From contig CM022673.1 of the NCBI GenBank assembly GCA_012295275.1, positions 13,082,001 to 13,146,000 on the forward strand: a DNA stretch of 64,000 nucleotides, written 5' to 3'. The stretch comes from Chrysomallon squamiferum. Lineage: Eukaryota; Animalia; Mollusca. Shown here one piece after another: positions 25,316-39,439 of this stretch; position 1 is the first letter of the stretch, and every line of letters begins with the position of its first letter. The position numbers and the translations under genes were made by a program. The notes below the pieces were generated by a model. That model was not told where the DNA came from, made no database searches, and saw only the letters and a program-made list of their open reading frames with translations.

Positions 25316-25464
25316 CATTACTTCTTTTTTTTTGTTGATGTTATTTTTTTAATTATTTCGAACAAAGAGCTTGCAGTTAAATAAAACTTTATCTTCCTTT
25401 TTGTTAATTTATTTTACATTATTATTTTTTTAAATTAATGTTTATTTATTTATTAATTCTGTCG

Positions 25465-25520
<56 letters not shown>

Positions 25521-25665
25521 ATTTTTTATTATTTTTAATTTCAATTCCAAATTGAATTATGCGTGATTTATCAGTGTGAACTTTGAAAAGCTGTAACACC
25601 TGTCTGAAAGATGAAGCACGAATTGACGACTATTTATACCTGGTCCTCGGTCGCTTCAGATCCCC

Positions 25666-25678
25666 TGACCTTTGACCT
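25666..25678 (-). promoter_or_regulatory. Perfect DR1 nuclear-receptor element (AGGTCAaAGGTCA)
   Basis: Plus strand TGACCTtTGACCT inside a CpG-containing non-repetitive island. Confidence 0.5.
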
Positions 25679-26360
25679 TCATTATTTACCCATAACTCTT
25701 TAGCTGATGGCTTTTACACTGCGTTTAAATGATCTTTTATTTGTGCTGTCTTCCCTCGGCTCTCTTTAACCGCTGACCGACAGACAGCGTCCAGTGTTGA
25801 TGACCCCTTACTAATGATGACCACGAGCTGACCAAGTCTTTGATCACAGTTAGATCATTGTATCTGGATTTTCAAAACGTAACTGATGACGTTGGGATAA
25901 AACTAAAGTGATTTTCCTGGAGTGTCTCCTTTACAAGTCTGGAATAATGCACACTCTCGTACGACATAATTTAAGTGAGTCTCCTTAAGTCTCCTTGAAA
26001 AAAATCTGATATAATTCACACTTTTTGGATTGTCTCCTTGTGTACTGTTATTTTTAATAACAACATTATTATTATTATTTTTTTATTTATTATTTTTTTT
26101 ATTTATTTAATTATTATTATTATTATTATTTTTTTTTTTATTGAATCTTATTAAGAACTGATCTTTTAACAAACATAATTTAAATTTTTAAACATAATTT
26201 CAAAATGCAATGTGTTTAAATTCTTTTAAAGATTTACTTTTTATTTTCCCCAGCGGTATGTATCACCATGAACATAAAATAACCGATTATCTGATACAAG
26301 ACTTCAAGACATTATTAAACCTGCCCTAAATGGTTCCCAGTATAGCAATAAAGCATGATC

Positions 26361-26846
26361 TACAGACAGTCAAACAATCAATACTGTCAGACAACAATCA
26401 GTACAGACAGCCAAACAATCAATACTGTCAGACAACATACAGTACAGACAACCAAACAATCAATACTGTCAGACAACAATCAGTACAGACAGCCAAACAA
26501 TCAATTCTGTCAGACAACAGACAGCCAAACAATCAATACTGTCAGACAACAATCAGTACAGTCAAACAGTCAATAATCAGTACAGACAGTCAAATAGTTA
26601 ATACTGTCAGTCAATAATCAGTACAGTCAGTCAAAGGATCACTACTGTCAGTCAATAATCAGTACAGACGGTCAAACCTGTCAGCACTAATCAGTACAGA
26701 CAGCCAAACAATACTGTCAGTCAATAATCAGTACAGTCAAACAAACAGTTTAGACAGTCAAACAATCAGTACAGACAGTCAAACAATCAGTACAGACAGT
26801 CCACTGGTCTACACAAGAGGTCAATGATCACTACAGACAGTCAAAC
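26361..26846. repeat. 41-bp higher-order minisatellite built from ~21-bp monomers
   Basis: Unit TACAGACAGTCAAACAATCAATACTGTCAGACAACAATCAG at 26361, 26402, 26443 and 26484, degrading rightwards to 21-bp monomers tacagacagtcaaacaatcag (~26750-26800). Confidence 0.9.
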
Positions 26847-29149
26847 TATTTATGTAAGGTGCCTATCATGGCATCAGCTGTTCCACACAAGCTAATTACA
26901 AGAACCGACTGCCACTAAAACATCCTTTCACAGACGTCTCGTAAAGCCATTTCTGATCTACAATCACTCACTCACTCCGAGTCATAAAAGTGGCACATGG
27001 TCGGAGGACGTTACTCCGCACAATAAGCCATGTGTGCGAGTTGCAGAGATTTCAGTGGATTCTCTGTGTCGACTCACTGATCAAGTTTACTTAGGGTTCC
27101 CAGTCACTGTTACATATTTCATATATCACACGGCAGTGATTTGCGTCTGCAGATTTCTCTTATCTAAATTACAGTAATAAAGTGATTTTCGTAGTGCACC
27201 CTTGTATGCATTGGTTTGTCCTGGACGTAATTGGAGTGGTTTAGCTTTGGAGGTTTTTTTTGTTTTTGTAATTGTATATATACAGTGTAGTTATGATTTG
27301 TTTTTTTGTTTTTTCGTTTGTTTTGTTTGCTTTGTTCGTTTGTTTAATTTATCTTAATGTTATTTTTATTATATTTAATTTTAATTTAATTGTTTTGTTA
27401 GCTATAGTTTTTAAATAGTGTATTTTATTTTACATTTTTTGTTTTTAAATTATTTTTTTTTATTATTTTTTTTTATTTTTTATTACTTTATCATTTTAAA
27501 TATTTTTATTTCTATTTATTTTATTTTATTTTTTTTTTTGTTTTGTTTTGTTTTGTTTTGTTTTGTTTTGTTTTGTTTATTTATTTTAAAAGTATTTATT
27601 TTAAAAGTATTTATTTTATTTTACTTAATTATATTTTTTGTCTTAATTTTTCCATTTATTTTTATTTTAAATCTCACTTTTATTTACATCTAACTTTAAA
27701 AAAACCTAACTTACCTTTTCAAAAAGAACCATGAAACCAACCATGAAGCAATAATGAACTCTGATATAAAATCTGGAAACTAGTTGTGTAAATAACAATT
27801 TATCACTAGCTGAGTTTTCAACAGACTGTAGAGTAAATAAATTTACATAACATTAAATAAGAATTACTGATGCTGTGAATATTTACACACTTATTTGATA
27901 CGATGCTGTGAAATAATTTCCTATATTCAACATGTTCAGTGGATAAAATATTCATATTTTTGATATATACATAAACAGATGATTCCTGCGGTTTTATGTG
28001 TATGTTGGGGGTGCAATTGTATGGGTGAGTCGATGTGTGTGTGTCTGTGTGTGTTTATGTATGTGTATATATATGTGTGTGTGTAAGAGTGAGAGTGTGT
28101 CTTTAGTTTTGTTTGAATCTGTGTGTGTGTGTGTGTAAGAAAGAGAGAGAGTGAGAATATGTGTAATAATAAGAGTTAATGCCTGTATAAAGATGAGTAT
28201 ATATGTGTATTGATGTAAATATACCTGTGGGGTATTTGTGGGGGTGGACACAATGGAGTCTGTATGTAGACACAAACAGAGGTTTTATACATTCACTGTT
28301 AAATGTTATCAACATGAGGTCTTTTGAAGTTGAAAATTAAATTTACATGAGCTCATAATTTTCATATGGTAATACAACATAAATAAGATTAAATATAAAA
28401 GAGATTATTTTATACTACAAGCAATACAACAAGTGTGAAAAGCTTAAGAAAGAAGAATGAACCAGAACCAATGAATGAATCTGATATAAAAAAATTGTAG
28501 AAATGGATAGTAAAAAAAAAAAAAAAAAAAAATTAAAATAAAATAAAATTTAATAAATCTACAAATAAATCAAATGCAAAAATAAAAAGATTTTTTTTAA
28601 TTATAGTAATAATAATCATTATTATTATTAAAAAAAAAAAAAAAATTATTGACATAATAAAAGAATGAACAAAAAAAAAAATAATAAAAAATAAAATAAT
28701 AAAATAAAAAATCCTAAATAGTAAAAAACAAAAATTAAAATTTAATAAAGCAAAATTGAAGAAAAAAAAAAAAAATGTATCCATTGTAAATTTATGTATA
28801 AAATTAAACAGAAAAAAAACAAATTATGTATAACAAAAAAAAAATATATATATATATTAAAAAAATTAATTAAAAAGTAATAAAAAAAGAAAGATAACAT
28901 CTTTACATCCAATATTCTACAAATATTAATTAAAAGAAAAAAAAAAAAAAAAGAAAAACATTTTCCAATATGGCTTCCAGCAGAAGGGTGTAATGAGACC
29001 TATGTGAATATTATAGATTTCAGTGAATGTAGATTACAGTAATTTGTAAGTAACTACAGGCTGTGTTAATACTGAACTCTGCCTCACCCAGTGTTCTCTG
29101 ACAATTATTATCAGAACCGGTTGATTAACACATCAACACTGCTTTATAG

Positions 29150-29530
29150 TCGGAAAAGTGTCTATTACTGGTCAAAAAAATACACATAAAGGAGAAATGT
29201 GTATTAGACAGAATCTGAGATAGTGTAGAAATGTCCGTTACAGGTCAAAATGGGTTGTAAAGTGTGAAACTAATTTGTAGAAATGACTATTAGACAAATG
29301 CTGTTTTGATGTCTATTAAATAAACACTGTAGGGAATGTTCATTAGACAAATATTGTAGTAATGTCAGTTACTGGTCAAAATTTGTTGTGACAAGTGAAA
29401 AAACAAAACAATAACAGTAGGTTGGTTTGTTCAGCAAATCCTGAAAAAATGTCTGTTTGACAAAATAATGATTTGGAATGAAAAATGACTAAACGACACG
29501 GAAAAAACAACAAAATTATAGAAATGAAAA
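29150..29530. repeat. Degenerate ~25-35 bp minisatellite
   Basis: Recurrent gtagaaatgtctattagacaaa / ttactggtcaaaa. Confidence 0.6.
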
Positions 29531-30316
29531 AAAAAGCAAAATGACACCAAACGGAATTGATCCCAGAACCTTTCATGCTGAAACTGTAACAAACGATCAC
29601 CTCTGGCAAATGATGTGTAATGGATCTAAATGTCAAATCCAGGGACAAGTGATTCAACATGGCCGACAATGATCTTCACACTGTGTTTCAAACTGTTTCA
29701 TTTCGGTACGACACAAAGAAATCTCTCTTAACACAAATGTTTTTACTTCCCACCTTCACACGTCAACTGTGCCATTTGAAGCTATGTTGATGAGTTTGTT
29801 CACACTGCTACACAATGATTCCGACAAATGGTCCTGATTTTTATTTTCAAAGTGCAGTTGAGATGAATATTAAAAACATTCTGCACTGGAAGTGGATGGG
29901 GTGTTGGGGGACCTTCCCAGTGCACACCTGGTCCCTGTGTATTTACAAAGATGTGCAACGATGGGGTCAGGGGTGAAGTGTTGGTGCAGAAGTCTATAAC
30001 AAGTCAAACTGAAAGATGTATGGACCAGAAGATTGTTAGTGTGACTGCTATGTTAATATATAACACCGAGTTAGGATATTTCTGTTACAGATCATCATGA
30101 TGATACGGCATACATTTTTGGTAGTGATAATTTAAAAGTGAGGTTTGTATACTAATTAGTACAAGACAATAATAATAAGATGATGATGATGATGATGATG
30201 ACAATGATGATGAAGCTGGTGAGGATGAGAATGAAAATGAAGATGATGATGATAATTACATAAAGAAAACAATTATTGTTTTAATTTTGAAAATTGTTCT
30301 TTTTCAAAGCTTTATT

Positions 30317-30318
<2 letters not shown>

Positions 30319-30400
<82 letters not shown>
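30319..30400. repeat. (GA)n microsatellite
   Basis: ~40 perfect units. Confidence 0.95.
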
Positions 30401-30403
<3 letters not shown>

Positions 30404-31751
30404 AATTTAAAAAAAAAAAAAAAAAAAGTGAGAACAAGAGAATGATTTGATAAAAAGATTCACTTAGCAAGTGTTAGAAAACGGAAAGTAACAGAGAGCC
30501 AGTCAGACAGTCTACAAAACACTGATAAAGAAAAACAATCGCCCATTCTCCAATTAAGTATTGAACTCAGACACCGTAGCACAGCATCTATCTAACTGTC
30601 ATCATTTTGACTTCACTATTCCAAACGCAGAGACTGCGTGACTAGGTAAATATTATTTATTTAAGTGCGGTTACGTATACATTTTGTGCTTAGATTCCTC
30701 CCATGCCAAGTGTGGGCAGATTTTCATTGCTGCCACATGTTGCATAGCTCCTTTGCCTGACTTCTCTGCTGAGGCAGACTGCTAAACACTGGAGTCACAC
30801 AGAGCAGAAATACCAGCAGGCTTTTACTGTGTTGTTTCAAATAACATGCTCTTCAGTGTTTGATACAGACCCAGTCAAAACATAAATATGATGTGCTGTT
30901 GTTCTGTCCTAGGGTTTTACGTAATCTGTTTAACTGTGTACAGATTTGGTCTTTTATTAGTCTAATTTAGTCTAATTTATATGAATTTTATATTTTAGTG
31001 TGGTGAATGTTAATCAAGATTTTTTAAATTATCTGTATTCTGTTATAAGTGTGTGTGTGTGTGTGTGTGTGTGTGTATTTAAATAAATATATCCTTCTGT
31101 GTGAGTGTGTATGTATACACACATACACACATCCACACACATATTTGATTTATCATAATTTTAGACATTAGTCAACAAAATAAAACTAAAGTTTTATTTG
31201 ATAAAAATCAGTTAAATTCTAAAACAAAAATAACAAATGTTTATTACAAGACATATCATAAATTCAATAATTTTCAAATCTATCAGAAGATTATGATCAA
31301 TTCTCAACAATGGACACATGTGGCTATTTCCCATTCTGACAGAAGTATTGTAACCTTCAATCAGCGACGTATTATATTTCACTGAGTATTCTAACAACGG
31401 AGCCTTTGCCTGTTACATAATAGCCACAAATTAGGAGAAAAATGTTGGAAGAAATATTATGTGTTTTATATACAGTTACGTTTGACATTATTTACAGTGC
31501 ATAAACCAAGCAGCTTTGGCCTATAACATTATTCTTATCTATCCTGAAGTCAGTATGTGTAGGCACACTGGATTTAAATTGTCAGTCATTGAGTAATTTC
31601 CTGATGGCAGACATTAATTCTGTTTCAAGTGGGGGGAAAATAAATCTGCAGCAGATTACCAGTAATTTAGGTAAATTACGAAACACAAAGAAACCTTCAG
31701 TAGCAAAATATATAGAGATAAGGTGAAAGAAAGAGAAAGTCCAGGTAATAT

Positions 31752-31757
<6 letters not shown>

Positions 31758-31826
<69 letters not shown>
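31758..31826. repeat. (GA)n microsatellite
   Basis: Direct observation. Confidence 0.95.
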
Positions 31827-31830
<4 letters not shown>

Positions 31831-33089
31831 TGAATCAGAAAATGACAGAAAAAGAAAGAAAAAATGTTCTGATTCATCTACTTTCTCTCGCTCTTTCACT
31901 TATTTCCTTTATTTTCTCTTTCTCACATTGAAACTGAGAGAAAAAATATTTATATATAAATTATCAATTTTTGCCTAATGTTTCAAAACTACTTATTAAA
32001 AATACATTGCCCCCCAACATTTTTTTAAACTCTTCCAAAGCCACACAGGTATCTATGTGTTTGTGTTATAAAGACATACTTCAACAAGAGTCATGACTTA
32101 GTCACTGAAGCTGTCAAATTCTCATAACCAGTTCACCTCAGCACTTCAGCATTACTAACGCTGTTGACAGGTATATATATTTAGTTGTTTGGTTTTTATT
32201 TTCAAATCCTCTTTCCAACTCAAATTCCATTCTGTTTGATGCCAAGAAAATGGCGGCTGTGTTTCCTTCCACCTGTCTCTGAGTGTCACGCTTGAGTGGA
32301 TCCTTCAGAACGCTGACAGCAAAGATAAATTAATAAACGAACTTGCCATTCCAGTCAATCAGAGAAAGTTTATGACTTTTCAAAAACACACACAAACGAA
32401 ATATTTAACAGATATATGCTTGACTCTCACGTCAAAAGTATAGACAACTTTACAAAAATATTCTCACCTTTCATATTAAAAAATGATTATCCTCTAACTT
32501 TAAAAATCTACTGATGAAAGAATTTTTTTTAAATATACTGGAGCTTCACTAAATTTTTTAATTTGTTACATATTTGTAAAAAAAACAAACAAAAAAAACA
32601 AATACAAATTAATTAACAGTAAATAAATAAATAAATAAATAAATAAAAAAGGAAACAAATAAACAAATAAATAAATAAAGCTATCTAAAATGAAGAAAAT
32701 ACCAAGCTTGTGATGTGTTTTGTTGGTATGAAGATTAAGAAAGAAGAAAAAAAAGTGAAGACATTTTCACAAAACTGTTCTGAACTAACTAAATTATCTT
32801 CCAGTGCATCTTGTGCCAGACAACAATGTTTTATTTATTTTTAATTTTATTTTTTCACTCTTTTTTTTTTTTTTTTAAATCTAAAAGATACAAGCTGCAG
32901 CCTTTAAAACTGACACGTTTATTTTTCTTACACTTTTTTCTTAACCAGCTAAATATTTTCATTGCATGATATATTTTTACAGCTTTTTTTTTTTTTTTTC
33001 TGTGAAGAAGAAAAACAAATTTTATTTCTGAAAACTCTGTTCAAAGACCATCGTCTAGTAAAACTATAATTACATCAAGGGTTGTTGGC

Positions 33090-33660
33090 AAAGACTGCTT
33101 ACTGAGAATTATTTACAAATGTTTACCGATTTTAGTGTGTTTAATTTTCTAATTTATATAGGACTGTTTACTGATGTTGTTTAAATAGTGGATGAAACTT
33201 TTAACTGATGACTGTGTGGGATTTTTTACTTAATATTGTATACTGACTCCTTATATGACATTTTACTGATGACTTTGTTATACCATTTACTGATGATTCT
33301 ATTTATAAAACTTTATTTACTGATGATTCTTTATATAGAACTTTATTTACTGATTATCTTTATTTACTGATTATCGCTGTTTACAGATGACTTTTATATA
33401 GAACTTTATTGACTGATTATTTTATATCGCTGTTTACAGATGACTCTTTATATCAGATTGTTTACAGATGACTTTACTCAGGATCAGTTATTGAGGACTC
33501 ATTATTCGGACAGTATTAACAGTCATCCTTTCAATAATTTTACACATACAACTGTTAATGACTGAATAAATTGAAACGTTTATTATTCACTGTATCCTTA
33601 TTGACTCTTATTAACAACTGTTTTTGTCAAGGACAGTTCACTGATTGTTAATTACACAGG
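33090..33660. repeat. Degenerate ~25-30 bp minisatellite (TTTACTGATGAC core)
   Basis: More than 12 recurrences of tttactgatga / tttacagatgac / tttactgatta. Confidence 0.75.
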
Positions 33661-34227
33661 ATCATTTTAATAAATAAAAACAATTTACTGTAGACAGTGT
33701 TCTTTTCTTTTCCTTTCTTTCCCTTTATTTTATTTTACTCAGTAGGCTGGTGATAAGAAACATTCGTAACTGTTACACCACAGCCTCAACTCGTCACATC
33801 CCACCACCAGTGTGTTTACAAAGAGCAAAGAAACAATAAAATGTTTAAGTTACTCCAAACATGGCTCCCTGTGCAGAAATCAACTGATAACCCTGGATCC
33901 AGTGATGCTAGAACCCCCAGCGTAGGATACAGGCGTGACCAGGAGATAAAGGAAATCGGGTGTTAAACTGTGCAGTGTGCTGCTGTGTAAATGCCTGACT
34001 TCAATGGAGAACACATCTGCTTACATCACAGGGCCTATAAATTGTGGATGTTGTGGGAAACCGAAGCCTGGTGGTAATGGGAGACAAATAAACAAGGTGA
34101 ACTGCTCACACTTTGATACTTTTTCTGTTTGTTGTTCTGTCTTCAGCTGAGGCAGTGTTTGGTGTCTTCGGTTTCTGGTTGATGATTGCTTTTTGGCTTC
34201 TTTTCTTCATGTGCAGTGTTATCAGTG

Positions 34228-34510
34228 ACTCATTATCATCATCATATTCATCATCATATTCATCAACATCATCATTTATCTTACTGTTATCTTCTTCTTC
34301 ATGATCATCATCATTATTTACCTTTATCCTTAACAATGATTATTACCATTATAATCATCATTATCTTTATCATTACAATCATCATTATCTTTATCATTAT
34401 AATCATCATCTTTATCATTATAATCATCATCATTCCTCATATCATCATCTTGATCATCATTATTATTGCTGTTATCATCTTCATTATTATTACTATCATT
34501 GTTACTATCA
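34228..34510. repeat. (ATC/ATT)n degenerate trinucleotide tract
   Basis: Direct observation; source of the poly-I/H/D spurious ORFs. Confidence 0.85.
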
Positions 34511-35531
34511 AATACAATTTTAATCCATTGTAATACATGGTTTTTAACATATTAACATATTGTCAAACACAAACTCTGATTTACACTAACAATTATAGTG
34601 TTTCAAATATTTCATAATTATATGAGCTAATAAACAAGTTCTTTGATTTACATAGGATAATGCATTATTATTAATACAATACAATAAAACTTTATTTATC
34701 CTTGCATGTGCAATAAAACTGTTTACCAAATGGGTGCAGTGAATGTTAAAATTCTAAGCAACAGGATGCAATCAATGTTTCAGATGGGCTAATAGATATG
34801 TTAATACACATTATTTTTTTTTATTTTTTTTTATTTTGCCGGTGTAAGATTTTAAAGATTTTTCCTAAGATTGTACATAGTGTTAGTTACTGAAATAAGA
34901 AGATAATCAGATGGAAATGATACACGCACTCCTCCAGAACCTCAACCATTTGCTGCTTATTTTGTCTTTATGATGACATTTCACACAAGACTGAAATGCT
35001 TCCAAAAAAAAAAAAAAAGGAAAATAAAGATTTTTATCTCCTTCCAGATGTATGATACACTTCCATATATCAGAGAAATTTTTAAAATCATGTCAATATT
35101 GCAGGAGATTAAATACAGGAAGTATTTTAGTCACTTTGTTCCTTTTTTTTTTTTTTTTTTTTTTTTTTTTCCTGTGCATTAAAGTTATGAAAGCAAGCTG
35201 GATATGTTTAGGTTGATGGGGTAAGTGGATATTTTAGTTTGCTTCTGATTTATGTGATTTTAGGTTTGACTTTGTAGAAAAATGCTTTATGTCAATGAGT
35301 TACGAGATACAATTATTTGATGGAATAAATTGATGAATGAGTGAGTGAGTGAGTGAGTGAGTGAGGATGAATGAATGGATGAATGAATGACTAAGTAAAT
35401 GAGTTGATGGATGGATGGATGGATGGAAGATGAATGAAAGAGTAAATATCTGAGATATTCAGAACACACACACACACACTCTTCAAACATATATACATAC
35501 AAACATACAAACATAATTATATACATGAAAT

Positions 35532-35567
<36 letters not shown>

Positions 35568-36897
35568 GACTAAAAAAACCAAGCACATGCATACAAAGTC
35601 ATGTAACAAAATATCATATTTCCAGTCGCGGTCATATGGAACCAATCAAACACTTTCCTTCAGGCGAGCTGTCAATTACCATGGTAATTAGCATGTAATG
35701 GTGGACAGGGTATGTAAAGATAGACTAAATGGTGCAGCCAATAGGATTAGGGATAAGCACCAATTAACAAGCACTTGTGAATGTGTTGCTCATTTTCCTT
35801 CATCTGAAGCCAGTCCACGCTTTAGAATGACCTCCCCTTTCCACACTCCGATATCGTTTTAATTGGTTCCTTCTCTGTGAGGCAGACAGGAAGTTTGCCG
35901 CTCTTAACAATGTTTTCATCACTGACTGCTCCCTTTCACACACACACAGATGAAATCTGAGGTGATAAATCACAGGCAGAATGGAGCAGTAATTGCATTT
36001 TTTTTTTTATAAACAGTACTTTCTAAACAACTGGTTTTGATTTGAAAGATTTAACAATGCAGAAATTATTTGACTTTTACGTCAGTATTTTTTTTTTTCT
36101 TCTACTTTTCTTAAATTTTTTTTTTTTTTTTTAATTTTATTTTCTTCTATTCAGTTTTGTATTCAATTTTTTTTTTTCTGACTTCCCTTTTACTTTATTT
36201 TAAATTTTATAATTTTCTTGTTTTCAATATTACTTATTTTCTTCTTTTTTTTTTGAACATTTTCTAATTCATTCTTACTTTTCTTAAGTTTGTACTTTTA
36301 TCATTTCTAAGCATTCATGTACAAGCTTACTGAAGTAAAATAAATAATTTTATCATTAAAACCCCAAAATCTCAAGTACTTCAACCACTGAATAAAAAGT
36401 TACATTATAAGAAATTATTTGTTCAGTCTCTATTAACCAGTGGAATCTGGTAATGAAACATTACATTTTATTTTTACATTAATCAAAAAGTTAATATTGT
36501 TTTTATTAGTCAAATTACTGAAAGCTCTTAGAAGAGAGAAAAAAAACTTAGAATTCTGAAGAGATCTGTAGAGAATTCATTAGGAAGATCAATATATCTT
36601 CATTAGAATAGATGGATACTTTCTTTTATCTGTTTGTTTTTCTGTTTATTTTTATTATTATTATTATTATTTTATTGTTGATATTATTATTATTATTTTG
36701 TTGTTGTTATTATTGTTATTATTATTATATACTTATTGCTATTAGTTTATTATTATTGTTGTTGTTGTTATTGTTTTTATCATCATCATCAACATTTGTT
36801 TTTCTTGTTATTACCAATTTTTTGTTATTGGTTATTATTTCACAAGTGATATTTCTAACATATATAATCTTTACAAGAAACTAAAAAAAAATATAAC

Positions 36898-37040
36898 TTC
36901 TCACATACAGGAGAGCACATACCATACTCTTTGATAACCAGTGGTCAAAAATGTTTGTAAGGTGAGTGATCTTTTGGAGAACTGATCCAGGGAACTATCA
37001 TATCTCAAACTAGCCTTATAATCACTAAACAAGAAACTGG
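36898..37040 (-). mobile_element. Decayed SINE (tRNA-like head + Nin-like core)
   Basis: The reverse complement reads ...ccctggatcagttctcc...cactggttatcaaagagtatggtatgtgctctcctgtatgtgagaag, the same core as the other copies. Confidence 0.6.
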
Positions 37041-39439
37041 CTATCAGAAAAATAATACCAAACAAAAACAAACAAAAAAATTGCTTAACAGCTTCAGAAA
37101 TGATGTTCTATCAAAATTATCTCATATCTGCTTCTTTTTATTATTGTTTTCTGCAAATTGAAAAATATTTAAAAAGCAGAAAATAAAAATTCCAGCCATA
37201 AATAATAAAGTTTTTCAAATATCATTTTCTTTTGTTCACATCATCCTGTCAGCTCATTCTTTTTTTTCATGTTTTTAGTTGTTTTTTTTTTGTTTTTTTT
37301 TGAGACATCAAATTTGTATGCTGCTCATATTTCACATAGTCCAATAAAGCCAAATTAGTTACAAGCCAATTTTCACATAGAGACAAGCAGACGATGAAGT
37401 TGTCAGAACTCTTACTCACAACGTAATAGAAAGTAGCAAATTCCACAGGTTTACGGCCACAATACTATACATCCATTTTCACTTTCAATATCCTCTCCTG
37501 ACAAATTCAATCATAACAGATCATAAAATGAATTCGCCACCAAGACCCAAGGACTTAGCTTCGGAAATAAGCATCCAATTTATTGAATAATTCCTTGATG
37601 GGTAAAAAGTTTTCATTTTAACCTAGCGCAGTTGACAAAGAACTTATAAAAATCCCAGTTGATCTATTTTGGTAGTTAAAACAAGCCTCTAAGCTTTCAT
37701 TGAAATTGGCAGTGGAATAACCTGCTGCTGTTTGATCTGGTGTTGGGGTGAGAATATCCCTGAAAATAAAGCTGCAGAAAATTAGAGTTCGAATCAGACG
37801 AGATGACCAGTTCTGGAGAAGAGATTGCGATATAGGCTGCTTGATGAAAATGTGTTTTGTTTTCAAGGGTGTCTCAATTGTGTGTGTTACATTTTAATTA
37901 CATTTTTATAGTCTGTTAGGATTTTGATTAAACTTCAAAATTTGCTCAAATTATCCACTGTAACCATTTATCTCATTCCTTCATTTATTCATTCACTCAT
38001 TCATTTTTATTCATCCATACATACATTCATGCATTCATTCATTCATTCATTCATCTGTTGTTCATTCATCATCTTTCCATCCACTCATTTATTCTTTCAC
38101 CTACGTATCCATTCATGCATCCCAAAGTTCTGACAATCAATCCATTCATTCATTTACCCAAACACCCACCCATGCATCCATCATCTATCATATCCACACA
38201 TCCACCCATCCATCCATCCATCCATTTCAAAAATAACGTTTTGACATTTCCATACAATACGGCTGTCAAAACACATTTTCACATTTATCAACAAATTCTT
38301 TTTATTATATTTCTTTACCTAGGAATAAACCAGATTTTAAAGATTTTAAAATGTGATAAAAATGTCTACACCCATCTATGAAAACAGCCACTGTCCATAG
38401 AGACACGTCTGATTTGATTTCATTGACAGTGAACTGATGTAGAGTTCTGTAAAGCTGTGTTAGTGATGGGGCATTGAATAAATATAAATATCACACACAC
38501 ACATGCGTGTTGGTTAATGGATCAATGCATGAGAACATTTTCTGGTTGAAATAGCTGTGCACTTAATATGCTGCTTATTTGTGGGCCTGTAAAATATATT
38601 TTAAAGTATATTTCAATTTTAAATTTAATTTTAATTTTAATTTTTGTTATTTAGGTAACTCTGTAAAACATTCCATTCATTTTTATTTAAAGATATATTT
38701 ATAAAACAATTTTTTTGATTATTCTTAAGCATTATATTTTGTGTGTATGTGTATGTGAATGTATGTGTGTGGGTTTGTGTGTTTGTGTTTATTTCTGAGT
38801 GTTTGTATGATATGTGTTTTTATCTGCATGTTTTTCTTTCATGTTTCAGTGTATCAAATCATTTAAGTATTTAAACATTTATTTTTTTTTTTTTTTTTAA
38901 AATTCATTATAAAATTAATTTGATACAGAACTGTGACCAGACATCATCATGTTTCTCCTAACCCTTCCGTATCAACATAATTCTATTATTTATACAAGTA
39001 ATTTACTTTTTAAAACAAATGTGTCTGGCATCCTGCCTGTATCTCCTGCTAACCCGCACAAGCTTCTCTGAGGAAATTGCATGTCGCAAGCAAGTCTCCG
39101 ATGAAAGTAACACTTAATGGATGGCTCACAGGGGAAAATGATGTATTTTTGAAAAATCCTCCAAACACTCTCGCATCAATTCTGTTTGCTTTTGGTTCTC
39201 AACAAATAATAGGAAGCTGCCGATATATGGCTCATATTTCAAGAGGAGAGAGAGAGAGAGAAAAAAAAAAATCTGTTTACTGTGTTAAACAAAGTGACAG
39301 CAATTAATTTTCATTTTGGGAGATTTTGTCAGGAACAACAGTTCAGCAGATGATATGGGTTTTTGTGTAGGTGAACACAGGATTTGAGTAACACAGGGAA
39401 GTCAGGATGCATGGACAGTTTGGTGTGAATATCATAAGA

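Noticed and set aside
26330-26617. Repetitive Q/N/T-rich ORFs; also considered as a CRISPR array or miR-8 gene
   Set aside because: The 41-bp unit is not a multiple of 3. There are no unique spacers and the context is eukaryotic. The match to miR-8 stops at nt 12 and there is no precursor hairpin.
37618-37866. 82-aa minus-strand ORF
   Set aside because: No recognisable motif or convincing splice signals.
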